This document shows positions 12,882 through 24,550 of a DNA stretch of 64,000 bases, piece by piece (within the stretch, counting starts at the first letter, position 1; each line of letters begins with the position of its first letter). Where the stretch lies: assembly GCA_043228905.1 (NCBI GenBank), contig JBHGNT010000007.1, positions 19,778,001 through 19,842,000 on the forward strand, in the 5' to 3' direction. A program made the position numbers and the translations under genes. A model generated the notes under the pieces. The model worked only from the letters and a program-made list of their open reading frames with translations. It was not told where the DNA came from and ran no database searches. The DNA comes from Azolla caroliniana (lineage: Eukaryota; Plantae; Polypodiophyta).

Positions 12882-12900
12882 TGTGTGTGTGTGTGTGTGT
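12786..12900. repeat. (GA)n-(GT)n compound microsatellite
   Basis: Direct reading of the sequence. Confidence 0.95.
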
Positions 12901-13182
12901 ACTGACCTTCTATGGATCCTGATGATGAAGACGATTGATCAACCCAATGAACAAGAAAGAAAAGGAATACTACACTATTAGGTACAAAGGACCAAAAGAA
13001 TCGCTTAAGTAAAGAAATTTGTGTTTGAAGGGTATTCTGGTAAATAGGGCTTGTAGATTTGAGTGTATAGTTACTTTATAAAGTGTATTTTTTTGGACAT
13101 ATGGGTAGTTTGGTAAATTTGGAACATAGAGGGGCATTCTGGTAAATAGGCGAACTTCCAGGGGTATCCTAGTACTTTTCCC
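12880..13182 (-). repeat. MULE right TIR
   Basis: Reverse complement of 1086-1380, followed by TSD TTCTTTATA. Confidence 0.92.
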
Positions 13183-13463
13183 TTCTTTATATTATTAATG
13201 AATCACCATGATGGTCACATGGCATCCTTAGGTGTCACCATGGTGCTCAGTCACTTGTAAGATATAGCCACGATGAACGTCCTGAGATTGGGATGTGTCA
13301 ATCAACACGCAACCTTTGTGAGTCACCCTACACAACATAAAGTATCTCACAAAGGACCAACTCTTTGTCTATGTTGGACTCCTAATAATACAACCACTAG
13401 CATGCTCGTCAACCATATGCTACCGCACATACAACTCCATCCCAACATACAACTATATTGTTC

Positions 13464-13900
13464 CTAACAATCATCATTGTAACATTAGCAACAACTAACA
13501 CACATCTTTCTTTCATAAAATAGTGGAGTTATATATACACGATTGAAGACCCACATACAATGTTAAATGCCTAATTCCGCATCCATATGAGCACTTTGCA
13601 CTACCACATCCAACATCCCACTCATATATCTAGTGACAAACTTCTAAGATACATCAAAATTGTTTTTTACACCCATCAAATGCTCCCGCGATACCGATGA
13701 TGATAAAAACCAAGACCCGAAGCAATGTTATGCACTACGCGAGCAACAAGATGCATTCGTCGTCGATTCATATGCTTTTCTTTTCGTATCGTTTCTGTTG
13801 TCCCTTTAGAGGTCGAGCGGGAACATTCGGCGCATTCACAAAAAATTGATTAAACAGAACCTCAAGCCGCAACTGGGAGTGTTTCCCTGAGAACATCTAG

Positions 13901-13933
<33 letters not shown>

Positions 13934-13944
13934 GGTGTAAGTAT

Positions 13945-13983
<39 letters not shown>

Positions 13984-13990
13984 GGTGTAA

Positions 13991-14042
<52 letters not shown>

Positions 14043-14908
14043 CCCTTTCAATTCAATCAATCAAACTCCAATTTTGAATACAAAAAGAAGACAGAGAGCT
14101 ACAAAATACAAGGATACAAAAACAAAGCTCTCTCTCCTCTTTGCAGACTCAAACAGGGGATTGATTGTTTTCTTTTGCTTCTACGTATATACATGTATTT
14201 TGGACATGTGTGTAGGTATGCATATACATGCCTTTTGTACATGTATATATACTCTTGGCTATGTACCTGTTTGTATGTTTTTGTGAACTACGTATATATG
14301 TATGCAGAGGGAAAGCCAAGATCTCTACGAATGATGTCAAACCCAACTCCTCTTCAAGCAGGAGAAAAAGCCACTGATATTCTTGAGCCAATTGATGTGG
14401 TTATTGGTGATGTTGGAGTGTTAGTGGGTTAGTTAACTTGGAAGCTTACTAGACTTGAGAGTATAGTTACTAACAATCATCATTGTAACATTAGCAACAA
14501 CTAACACACATCTTTCTTTCATAAAATAGTGGAGTTATATATACACGATTGAAGACCCATATACAATGTTAAATGCCTAATTCCGCATGCATATGACCAC
14601 TTTGCACTACCACGTCCAACATCCCACTCATATATCTGGGCGACAAACTTCTAAGATACATCAAAATTGTTTTTTACACCCATCAAATGCTCCCGCGCTA
14701 CCGATGATGATAAAAACCAAGACCCGAAGCAATTTTATGCACTACGCGAGCAACAAGATGCATTCGTCGTCGATTCATACGCTTTTCTTTTCGTATCGTT
14801 TCTGTTGTCCCTTCAGAGGTCGAGCGGGAACATTCGGCGCATTCACGAAAAATTGATTAAACAGAACCTCAAGCCACAACTGGGAGTGTTTCCCTAAGAA
14901 CATCTAGA

Positions 14909-14941
<33 letters not shown>

Positions 14942-14971
14942 TATACATACATATATGTATGTTTTTGTGTA

Positions 14972-15020
<49 letters not shown>

Positions 15021-15270
15021 CCCTTTCACATTCATTCATTTAAACTCCAATTTTGAATACAAAAAGAAGACAGAGAGCTACAAAATACAGGGATACAGAA
15101 ACAGAGCTCTCTCACCTCTTTGCAGACTCAAACAGGGGATTGACCGAGTTGCAGGTTCAATCATTGTTATGGTACGTCTTTGTTATGTAACTGTATGTAC
15201 CTGTATGTATGTGTATATGTACCTGTATGTATGTGTATATGTTAGGTATATGTATGCAGGGGGAAAGCTC
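13464..15270. repeat. Tandem segmental duplication (~1-kb period) upstream of the zinc-finger gene
   Basis: 13464-~14165 aligns closely with 14470-~15145 (CTAACAATCATCATTG...GCAGACTCAAACAGGGGATTGA), including a variable (GT)n tract. Similarity resumes at GTATGCAG-GGGAAAGC (14300 / 15252). Confidence 0.9.
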
Positions 15271-15804
15271 CAATGTAGCCCAAAGGTTTTTCTTCATAGG
15301 GAAAAATGTGCACATATATAATTGTGGAAAAAGCTGGAACGAACTGATCATATAATTTGTCAACATGGCCATCTGAAGGAAATAAAACAAACTGAAAGGT
15401 TTTTGGGAAATCAAAGAAAAGACCAGTGGAATTCCCTGTGATGTGTATGTGCGCGTGTCTGTATACATATATCTATCTATATGTATGTATACGTCTATAC
15501 ATGCATATATGTAATTACACACACATATACCTATACATACATACATATGTATGTATGTATGTATGTATGTACATGTAAACATACATACATACATACATAT
15601 ATATATACACACACACACGAACATACGTGTATACACATATACATACACGTATGTATGTATGTATGTATGTATGTATGTATGTATGTATGTATGTATGTAT
15701 GTATGTATGTATGTATGTGTTTATTTATTCATGTAACGTATATGCATAAACATATGATCACATCAACATGGTTTTAATTCTGACAGGCGTCATTATCTTG
15801 TGAG

Positions 15805-18558
15805 GTGAAAGTTCGGTGCAAATATTGTGTTTCACAACATACATTCATCGACTACACAGCTCACAGACTCTCCACCCCTCACCTCAAAAGGCTCAGAGGA
15901 GAACTTCTTCAATATAGATTTTTAGCTACTTGTAGAGCATGTAAATGCAATTTGAAGGGGTTGACTGATGTTCAATCACATGTTGAAGATAAAGATCATT
16001 CTACATTGATGACTTCTATATCTTCAAATTGTATGTTGGCATCAGGGAAGTATGATTGTGACACATGTGGAATAACGTTCTACAATGAACCTGCTTTACA
16101 AGCTCACAAATCAATGCCACCACATGGCTCTTCTTCTTCTTCTTCTTCTATTATTTCATGTTTGAATAAGTTTCCTAAGCTTTTGGAAGTTATACGGCAA
16201 CTCCATGGATTGGGAATATCCATTGATTCTCTCTCACAAGAGGTTTGTACCCTATGTGTTCCTTGTAATGTATCACACAATGAACTTGAAGAGTTTCTAA
16301 AGCATTTGTGTGAGCCAGGACATGCTGTTTGCCTAAGATCTTCCATGTGCATTATATGCAACAAGGGTTTTAAGAATTCATCTGATAGAGAATTGCATTT
16401 GGGGAGTGCCAAGCATCGCTCGAATATTCATAATGTTTCTAACCGTCTAGGACAAGTAAATGCATTGATGCGTCTTAAGAAAGGAGGCTATGCTTGCATG
16501 TATTGCATGCTTTGGTGTAGTAGTTGGCAATGTTTGGAACAACATCTTATGGATAAGAATCATGCAAGAATATATATTGAAAGGAAGATTACTCACCCAA
16601 GGTTAAAGTTTTTCGCATCAAATGCAACAGATGAGGATTGCCCATGTGATGCCTCTGTTTCTATGAAGTGGAAGGAATGGTTGAGAAAAGATATGAAACA
16701 AGAAGAAGACTCATTGGATAACCATGCTTGGTGTCATGCCTGTGGAATTGTGATTGATAGCTCGTATTTAGCTTATCAACATTTGGAAGCTCATAGGGTA
16801 AGAAAAGTCCAAGGAGTATCGAACATACATCCATTGAAGTTGTCCTCGGGTCAGGTAGGTATGGATATGCGTCCATCTCCTGAGCTATTCGAATGTGCTA
16901 TGTGTGCACTTACCTTCAAGAGTGAGTTTATGCTAATGGCACACGAGTCCTCATTCGAGCATCATTACCAATTGGAAGACATCACATTGGGTAACTATCA
17001 ATGTTGTGCGAATTGTGGAGTTTTGGTGGATCGAAATGATGATCAAAGTGCACTTAGTGTGGTATGTGAAAGAATTCCTCAACCAAGAGGCTTGCATCAA
17101 GTGTTAGATGGTGATGTGCATTGTTCATCAATTGGATACCCTGTATGTGATCAGAATCTTTCAGGAAGTAAATGTAAAGAAGAATGCAAGGAGGTTTGCG
17201 CCTCTAAAAAGGAAGATGATCATGATAGGTTATTGGCTACAACCCAAAAGCATGTACTGGACTCATGCACTCATGGATCATCATTGGCTACAAGCCATAT
17301 GCATGTAATTGACTCATGCACTGATAGGTCATCATTGGCTACAAATCATAAGCATGCAATTGACTCATGCACGCATGGGTCATCATTAGTGGCAACCCAT
17401 ACGCATGCCGTGAACCGATGCACTCATGGGTCATTATCGGCAACAACCCATAAGCTTGTGGTGGACTCATGCACTCAAATAGAACAGAACCAATTCAGTT
17501 CATTGGAATTAAGCCAATTTCAGAAGGATGGAAGAGATATGAATGATGGGGTTTTCTCACATTCGAGGCAGCTTTGTGGATCGAACCATCCTGAGAATGT
17601 CTATGGAGAAAGGTTCATAACCGAGTGCTCTCATCAAGGATATAGCGAGATATCAAATCCCCTTCCATGTGACCTACATAGCAAGACAAAATGCACCCCT
17701 GAGGCTCCTGCTGGAGCAGCCAACTCTAGCCAATTGTCACCTCATGTATCTCCTAATGTGAGGAATAAATGCTTTTCTTCAAATGGATTAGAAACCGAAA
17801 CATTGAACAGAAACAGTGGCAACAATCCTGATAGTGCATCCACGTGTCTGTACCCGAGTGTTCCGATAATCGCTGCCGCAGCAATGACACCAATGGGTTC
17901 TCTCCAACAATCGTTAGAATCAGTTATGGCTGTAATTACCCGAACCTTATCTGCAACATTGCCCATGTCTATGCTACAACCAAAGATAGAAAAAAGGCCT
18001 CATGAAGGAGATCTATCGGATGAACCAAAAGTTTCCAAGAAACTGTGTTCGGGGTACATGAGAGAGGCTCTTCAGAAGGGTTTGAAATCAGTATGTTCGG
18101 AAATTGGTTCGGATTGTGAGAATAAAGAGGATTGTCTCACAGAGAATGAGGGTGGAGTTTGTGCTAGCATGATAGCAAATGCAGATGGTGGGGCAATGAC
18201 TATATTTGCGGTCGCAGCTTCAGTCGTTCCAGAGTCTTTGCAATGTGTTACCGAGGCTAGAAGTAATGAAACAAATCAACATATGCATGAAACTACTCAA
18301 GGTTTACATGCGAATATGGTAGCTTTCCAAGGATTTACGGAGCTAAAGGGAGAGAAAGCGGATTTGGAAGCGAGACCTAGTAAAATGGAAGGCTCGAATG
18401 AGTTGCTACCAATTACGGAAGAGCGAGGTATAGGACCATCTTTGACTGATATGAAGGTGGCTTCAGAGCAGAGTCGTGATTGTTACGACTTGCTTGGGCA
18501 ATTAGCAACCCAGGGCAGATGGTACTATTCGTCAGATTCAGATGACTTGAATGATTAA
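15805..18558 (+). CDS. Multi-C2H2 (matrin/U1-like) zinc-finger protein, large coding exon
   Basis: 917-aa open frame with about 8 widely spaced CxxC-x12-H-x4/5-H fingers (e.g. CIICNKGFKNSSDRELHLGSAKH) and a low-complexity C-terminus. An AG acceptor precedes it at ~15786, so the true start may be in an upstream exon. Confidence 0.8.
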   Translation: MKVRCKYCVSQHTFIDYTAHRLSTPHLKRLRGELLQYRFLATCRACKCNLKGLTDVQSHVEDKDHSTLMTSISSNCMLASGKYDCDTCGITFYNEPALQAHKSMPPHGSSSSSSSIISCLNKFPKLLEVIRQLHGLGISIDSLSQEVCTLCVPCNVSHNELEEFLKHLCEPGHAVCLRSSMCIICNKGFKNSSDRELHLGSAKHRSNIHNVSNRLGQVNALMRLKKGGYACMYCMLWCSSWQCLEQHLMDKNHARIYIERKITHPRLKFFASNATDEDCPCDASVSMKWKEWLRKDMKQEEDSLDNHAWCHACGIVIDSSYLAYQHLEAHRVRKVQGVSNIHPLKLSSGQVGMDMRPSPELFECAMCALTFKSEFMLMAHESSFEHHYQLEDITLGNYQCCANCGVLVDRNDDQSALSVVCERIPQPRGLHQVLDGDVHCSSIGYPVCDQNLSGSKCKEECKEVCASKKEDDHDRLLATTQKHVLDSCTHGSSLATSHMHVIDSCTDRSSLATNHKHAIDSCTHGSSLVATHTHAVNRCTHGSLSATTHKLVVDSCTQIEQNQFSSLELSQFQKDGRDMNDGVFSHSRQLCGSNHPENVYGERFITECSHQGYSEISNPLPCDLHSKTKCTPEAPAGAANSSQLSPHVSPNVRNKCFSSNGLETETLNRNSGNNPDSASTCLYPSVPIIAAAAMTPMGSLQQSLESVMAVITRTLSATLPMSMLQPKIEKRPHEGDLSDEPKVSKKLCSGYMREALQKGLKSVCSEIGSDCENKEDCLTENEGGVCASMIANADGGAMTIFAVAASVVPESLQCVTEARSNETNQHMHETTQGLHANMVAFQGFTELKGEKADLEARPSKMEGSNELLPITEERGIGPSLTDMKVASEQSRDCYDLLGQLATQGRWYYSSDSDDLND
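17230..17480 (+). repeat. 51-bp (17-aa) coding tandem repeat x5
   Basis: SSLAT-H-H-IDSCTHG units; TCATTGGCTACA recurs at 17281 and 17332. Confidence 0.85.
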
Positions 18559-20263
18559 CAGAATGTAAAAAATCCAAAGCATGTTTGGCAATTTTTTGGA
18601 TATATAGCATGTTTTGAAACATAGTATGAACCATACGTACCATATGTGAATTCGCATTCAAGTACGGTAAACACCTTCGAAGTATGGTAAATACCATACT
18701 TTTGTATTTCATTATTTACTATAAGGTAAAACTTTTTTTAAGGTCAAAAGGTGAGAAAAAAACAATTTAAAAACGTCAAAAAAAAACAGAAGTATGTTTT
18801 CATAACATACGCATTTGTTTGCGCACATATGAAAACAAATGTTTGAGTAGAAGACTGTGAATATTACATTCTATGTGTTGAACGACATGATGTGCCCTCT
18901 TTACGCTTTAAAACAACTAGCTATTACCTAAATCTTGGAAGTATTCAATATTCAAGTGTCGAAGCTACTCTTGGATTCTATAACATTGCCTTATAGAGGC
19001 TTGTGTTGAGAAGCTACTGATGACACCTATTAAAGTATTTGAATAGGTTTTTCATTGATGCTCCATTTGCATTCATGTGTAACATATTAGATGTTTTTGT
19101 ATAAATGTATATTCAACTATATCAACTTGAGTTCCATGCTCATATGTGTGAATGCACCAAACATGGCCAAGCAACTAAACATCAACCTTAGGAAATAGGA
19201 CCTATCTAAAAGAGTAAGTATCAAATAAGGCAAGGATGTAAAAAGCCAAAATATAAAAGTATAGAAGTGAATGTAATAATACTTCTTTTTCTAAAGCTTT
19301 TTCTTTGAAAAAAAATTATAATTATATGAAGTACCTTACTCTAGTGATAAGTTGTTTAGATTACCAATTCTAAGGCATTGGGTTGAAGGCTCAAGTATCT
19401 CACCTATTGCTTTTTCCAATTGATTATATGCTACAATGGAATGTAAGGGTTGAATGCATTGTTTTTTTCCAATTGACTATGTGCTAATATGGAATTTAAG
19501 TGTTGAATGCATGACCTTCTTGTCCCCGCCAGACAACCTTAACAACTCTCTCTCCCTCTCTCTAAGACATTGATTATTAGATTTTTGGCCTTGTCACAAA
19601 TGGGTGGGAATAATGGATATACCATAGCCAATGGTAGGGACCTTTGTTATGGGCACACTACGATACATGACATGACATAACCAATGAAAATCAACAAAAA
19701 AGGTCATGCAAAAATCGCCTCTTGGGATTAATTGGGAATACATAATAAAAGTTGCACTCTCGGTGAGATGTGAAACGAAATGTAAGGAAAGACAAAACAA
19801 AGGCAAAATCATTGGGTTCCATGAAAATAGTAGTTGGCGCAAAATCAACTCAATTAGGAACCAACAAGCAACAAAAAGCTTGCAAAGCCGGATCGAATGA
19901 ACGAACAACGAGAATTCATCTGGGGTAAATGAATATCGGCATTTTTCTTTCTTTCTTTCTTTCATCAGGGCAAGAGTCCGAATCACTCCTAAGACAGAGT
20001 TTTTGTTCATCTGGGGGGGGGGTACCAGAGCAAAATCCTCATTGATGTGGCATAGGAGTTTTCTTGATTGTTTGTGTCGGGCAAACAATGTGCTTGTGTG
20101 AGGATACCAATGCCTGTTGCATTATAGTGTTAGAAGTCGAGGTCCCTGGTATTTTCAAGTCTTCAAGGATCGAAGGGTCCGTCCGAAAGGCCTACCGGAA
20201 TCTACAGACTCCACGCGCCCATTTTCTAAGATTTTATCTACCCTAAGAAGAGAGACAGAAAGA

Positions 20264-20355
20264 GATTGGTGGATTCGAACCATGGCAGATTGTAGAGAGA
20301 TTGGAGGATTCGAACCATGGCAGATTGTAGAGAGATTGGGGGATTCGAACCATGC
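20264..20355 (+). repeat. 35-bp tandem repeat (~2.6 copies) in putative 5' UTR
   Basis: GATTGG(T/A/G)GGATTCGAACCATG starts at 20264, 20299 and 20334. Confidence 0.9.
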
Positions 20356-21090
20356 CTGACTGTATTCTGATCTTATTTAGCTACTCAGCTTGAGATGTTT
20401 TGATGGGCACTTTGTTAGATCAGCAGCAGGGCTACTGCTTTGAAACAGGGTAAGCTTGTCTTTTGTGGAGATACAGAGAAAGAGATATATGTGGGTGAGA
20501 AAAATCTTTTATTATTATTATTGGAATTAAGGCCTTTTGATCCTTACAAAATTGCCCTTCATCTCCATCTGAATGGGGGCTTTGCAGCTATCTGAGATGT
20601 CATAGGAAGGAAGTAATGATGTCTTAAAGTGATCATATCCGGGTCGGAAAGTAATGATGGATTAAAGTGGTCTGATTGTGATGCTTTTCCAAATCTTAGA
20701 CGTGTTCGGTTCTTCAAGTTTTACTATTCAGGATGTTTCTGTTTTCGTAATATTTGCCATCCTGTATTAATGCCTAGATTTTAAGAAATGATGGATATAA
20801 CAAATTTGTTAACGTTTATTTGATAGGATTGCATTATATAATGATCAGTCATTGTCGATATTCTTATTTACCATGCCAAGTAGACCAGATAGAATGTGAG
20901 TTTGGCTATTGAGAATGAGAGACAATCAATATCGATTTTTTCGATGTATCTATAAATTTATTGACATGATGCGTACAGAAAATGTTTAACTATGTCATGT
21001 TTGGATAAGATAGGGACAACAAAATTCAAGAGAGCGCATGCCGTAATTTGGACAAGCATTTTCTGAAGTGTGGTTTTCTCAGGTATTGCC

Positions 21091-22885
21091 ATGATGAAGG
21101 AAAGGAAAGCATTGTTGATTTTTGACTTTGATCACAGTCTCATTGATTGCAATAGTGATCCATGGGTTGTGAATCATCTGGGAGCTGGAGAAATGATGCT
21201 TTCATTGCGTTCGGTAATATCATCGTGGACAGATCTCATGGTATTAACTCTCTCTCCTTCATTCTATTCGGACAGAAAACATTTTACTACGAAATGACTC
21301 GAAAAACAGTTTGAACGAGACGATGAGGGCATCAATATGTTGTTTGAAATGCCGCTTAATAGCTATATTCTTATGTGAACTCCATGGAAATAAAGCCTTT
21401 AAATGGTACTATGTTTTCTACTCAAGACATGTGCAATTATGTTCGAGATCTTCTTTTTTTCTAATGCTAAAAGGAACAGTGAGATGGTTTTCGTACAGGA
21501 TGCGATGATGCTTGAACTCATGGGCCGAGGAAATACGATTGTTGATATTGAAAATGCATTGAAGACTATTCCTCTCCATCCTGCCATGATGAGAGTCATT
21601 CAAGCTACACACTCTTGGGGGTAAAAACACATAAAGAAAAACCTCCTCTAATTTGGTCTTGTAGGTATATAGTTTAGGTAAAATCAGGAAAATAGCCTCC
21701 ATGTCGGAGCTTATGTAAAACTATACTCTTCCATGTTTCTGAAATATCGTAGATGACATTGATATAAAAAGTTCAACCATTGAGTTAAAACCTTCGAAAG
21801 TGTAGATCTAGAGAACAATTCCCTTCCACATTGGTTTAGTTGAAGATCCTCTTTCTTTATGGAGAGATAGAATTTTTTCTACATATTTCATGGAGATGGC
21901 AGAGTCTAACTGCATCATTTCAATCAGCATTTTTGTTTGTGTTTTTTACCATCGGCATACATGAAATTTCGGGAGGGTTCAATTCTCCTAGGGTATTTTG
22001 GAAAAAAATAGAAGAATCCCCCTGTATTTGTAGATTATTTGTATCCTCTCTCAATAGATAAAGATATATATACTTCTTGTTGCAGTTGGGAACTACGTAT
22101 CGTTAGTGATGCAAATATGTTCTTCATACAAACAGTGTTGGCAAGTTATAGGTTACAGGACTGTTTCACTGAAATTCATAGCAATCCTGCACACATCGAT
22201 GAACGAGGCATCCTTCGCATCCGACCTTATCACGCGCTGCCTCCACATGTGTGTCCACTCTGCCCAGCGAACATGTGCAAAGTAAAAAACCCACCCCACC
22301 ATTCTTCTTATACTACTTTGCCGGTTTGATTCTTCAAAACCAAAGTAAAGGGAAGGTTCATTCCTTTTTTAGATCTTTTTTATATAGGGCTTGATTCTGG
22401 ACAAAATACGAATGGCAACAAGTCAATCTGCTAATCATTGTATCATTTATGTTGGCGACGGGCGTGGGGACTTTTGCCCATCATTGAGATTGCGAGAAGG
22501 TGATCATGTATTGGCTAGAGAAGGGTATGATGAATTTTTAATCTTGGTTCTGTTTGTATATTCATATCCATATGCACATGCCACATGCACTCGTACATAT
22601 GCATGTGCATTTTTATATGGATATGCACATGCATACAGATATGTGCATATTCATATCCGTGTACATATACATATCCATGTCCTTGCACATGCACATGCAC
22701 ATACAATACATGCATGTATATATAGATGACCTTCCTTTCTTCATTTGACATTTGCCTCTGAATGTTGTAGGTATCCTCTCTCCAGACTTCTCAATGAAAA
22801 CCGAAACCTGGTTAAAGCGAAAGTTCACATGTGGAGCTCTGCCTTGGATGTAGAGAATTATCTATTTCAGTTGTATGGAGCATAG
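21091..22885 (+). CDS. HAD-family phosphatase, PHOSPHO1/PS2/PECP type (pyrophosphatase / phosphoethanolamine-phosphocholine phosphatase-like), 5 exons
   Basis: Motifs FDFDHSLIDCNSD, IVSDAN, CPANMCK and IYVGDGRGDFCP. GT-AG exons 21091-21240, 21499-21620, 22086-22281, 22388-22524 and 22771-22885 splice in frame. Confidence 0.92.
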
Positions 22886-23769
22886 GAGACAAATCTCTTT
22901 TTAAGTTAACATATGGCTGAGGTCAACAAAGACAAAGGTGTATTACCAGCTGAAAATTTAAATGTTGCGATATCGATTTGATTCCATTTTCGTGTTGCCC
23001 ATATTTATATAGGCTTCGTAACTTTGAAAGACGGGTAGCTTATTTTGTTAAAATGTGTGTTTGTGTGGTCTCTAGGGTAGTCTGAATCATTAACCCTAAT
23101 ATAAATGTTCCTCGAATGTGAGCTTCACAAATACACTAGCACAAATATGGGTACACGGAAATAGCACATTTATTTCACTAGACGTTAGCATTACACACAT
23201 TAACGATGTTATTGGGAGTTAATGCAGGTAGTAAATGGCTTTTTGGCTGAAGTGGCTATTGTATGGACATAGATGCAAGTTTTGTGGCCATCGAAAGGGC
23301 TAGCTACTGTTGCAAATTGTCTTCTCTATTCTTCTACACTCTAATCTACATATGAGTCTTGCTCACATGTATTGTGTCCATCCATGAGCTATGTATTATT
23401 AAGAATTCTTAAATACTAGAGTAGGCTTCTTGTAGACTATACGCCTGATGGCTATGGCTTATACGTTGATCATTATTTTTTTAAGAAGAGAGCATACCGA
23501 TTAATCATAGCTATGTATTGTTAAGAATTTTTCAAGACTAGAGAAGACCTCTTGTAGACTACTCCATGGATATGGCTTAGACATAGGTATGGAGTATGTA
23601 GTATAGTTATATATAAAACTAGCCTTTTTTTTATCCTTCATTTCTTTTACGTGCTTGAAAGTTAATGTGTTACCCACATAAAAGGGGTATTGTGTAACGT
23701 GGGATGTGGTAGCACCTCTTATCTTGTCATGGGACTTACAAAGGGATTTCTTCATTCTATCAATTTATG

Positions 23770-24420
23770 GCTACAAGATGTCATTGCAACATTTGCTGGT
23801 GTGAAGTAGCACTATTGACCATCCCATGCACTATCAACAAAGGTAGACAAGAATTTAAGATAGTAGATGAGCTAACCCCAAGGCTAATCCCTAGCAAGTC
23901 CTTTATTGAGTTGTATATGTAGTTGCTCACTTGGGAGCACATGAGCTATAGTCTTGTTGTATTAACTCATCGTTGCAATTGGACTTGGGCACCTGATTGA
24001 TTAATACATCTTTCTCTTTGTGCTTCCCCATTGTAAGCTTGGTTGTAATTAGTTGCTTGACAACTAATCTTGTTGTATTAGCCCATCATTGTAATTGGGC
24101 ATGGGCACCTGATAGGTTAATACAATCTTTTTTCTTTGTGCTTCTCCATCGTAAGTTTGGTTGCAATTAGTTGTTTGATAAACTCATAATTTCCACAATT
24201 AACTTAGTATCAAAGTTAAGTCTTGTGCTCATAATGAAATGAAAGTTTTAGTGTAGATAGTTGTTGAGGTGATGATGATTAACAACTAGGTTTGGTGTGT
24301 GCTCATTAGTATAAGATGCAGGAACTAGGATCTAGAACCTAGAAAATCAATTGGCCAACAAGTAGATATGAGGAATGGCCATCGAGATTAGGTAGCCATC
24401 ATCAAAATGGTGAGGACAAG
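23770..24420 (+). mobile_element. Possible old LTR-retrotransposon remnant
   Basis: Internal ~115-bp duplication (~23950-24185) followed by TAGTATCAAAGT (~24206), resembling a decayed tRNA-Met PBS (TGGTATCAGAGC). No coding remnant was recognised. Confidence 0.3.
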
Positions 24421-24550
24421 CGTTTGTTCTTCATTTATTAGGAATTTTGTAGATTTGAACTCAAACTTGTCCCAGTAATTACTTCCTTTTTCTTTATCAA
24501 TTTTTCTTTTACTTTCACTATCTTATAGCATTATGAGATGAATCACTTTC

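Larger units (their letters stand above)
1086..13182 (+). mobile_element. Mutator-like element (MULE), non-autonomous, with nested retroelements
   Basis: Long imperfect terminal inverted repeats start GGGAAAAGTAC (1086) and end GTACTTTTCCC (13182). An identical 9-bp flanking duplication TTCTTTATA lies at 1077-1085 and 13183-13191. A MuDR transposase fragment lies inside. Confidence 0.93.

Noticed and set aside
13836-15777. ORFs rich in CV/YV/HT dipeptides (also 1346-1583, 12769-12981, 22515-22828, 40267-41039)
   Set aside because: These are translations of microsatellites, not proteins.
19615-19622. P1BS (GNATATNC) motif upstream of the phosphatase
   Set aside because: A single degenerate 8-mer is expected by chance in AT-rich DNA.
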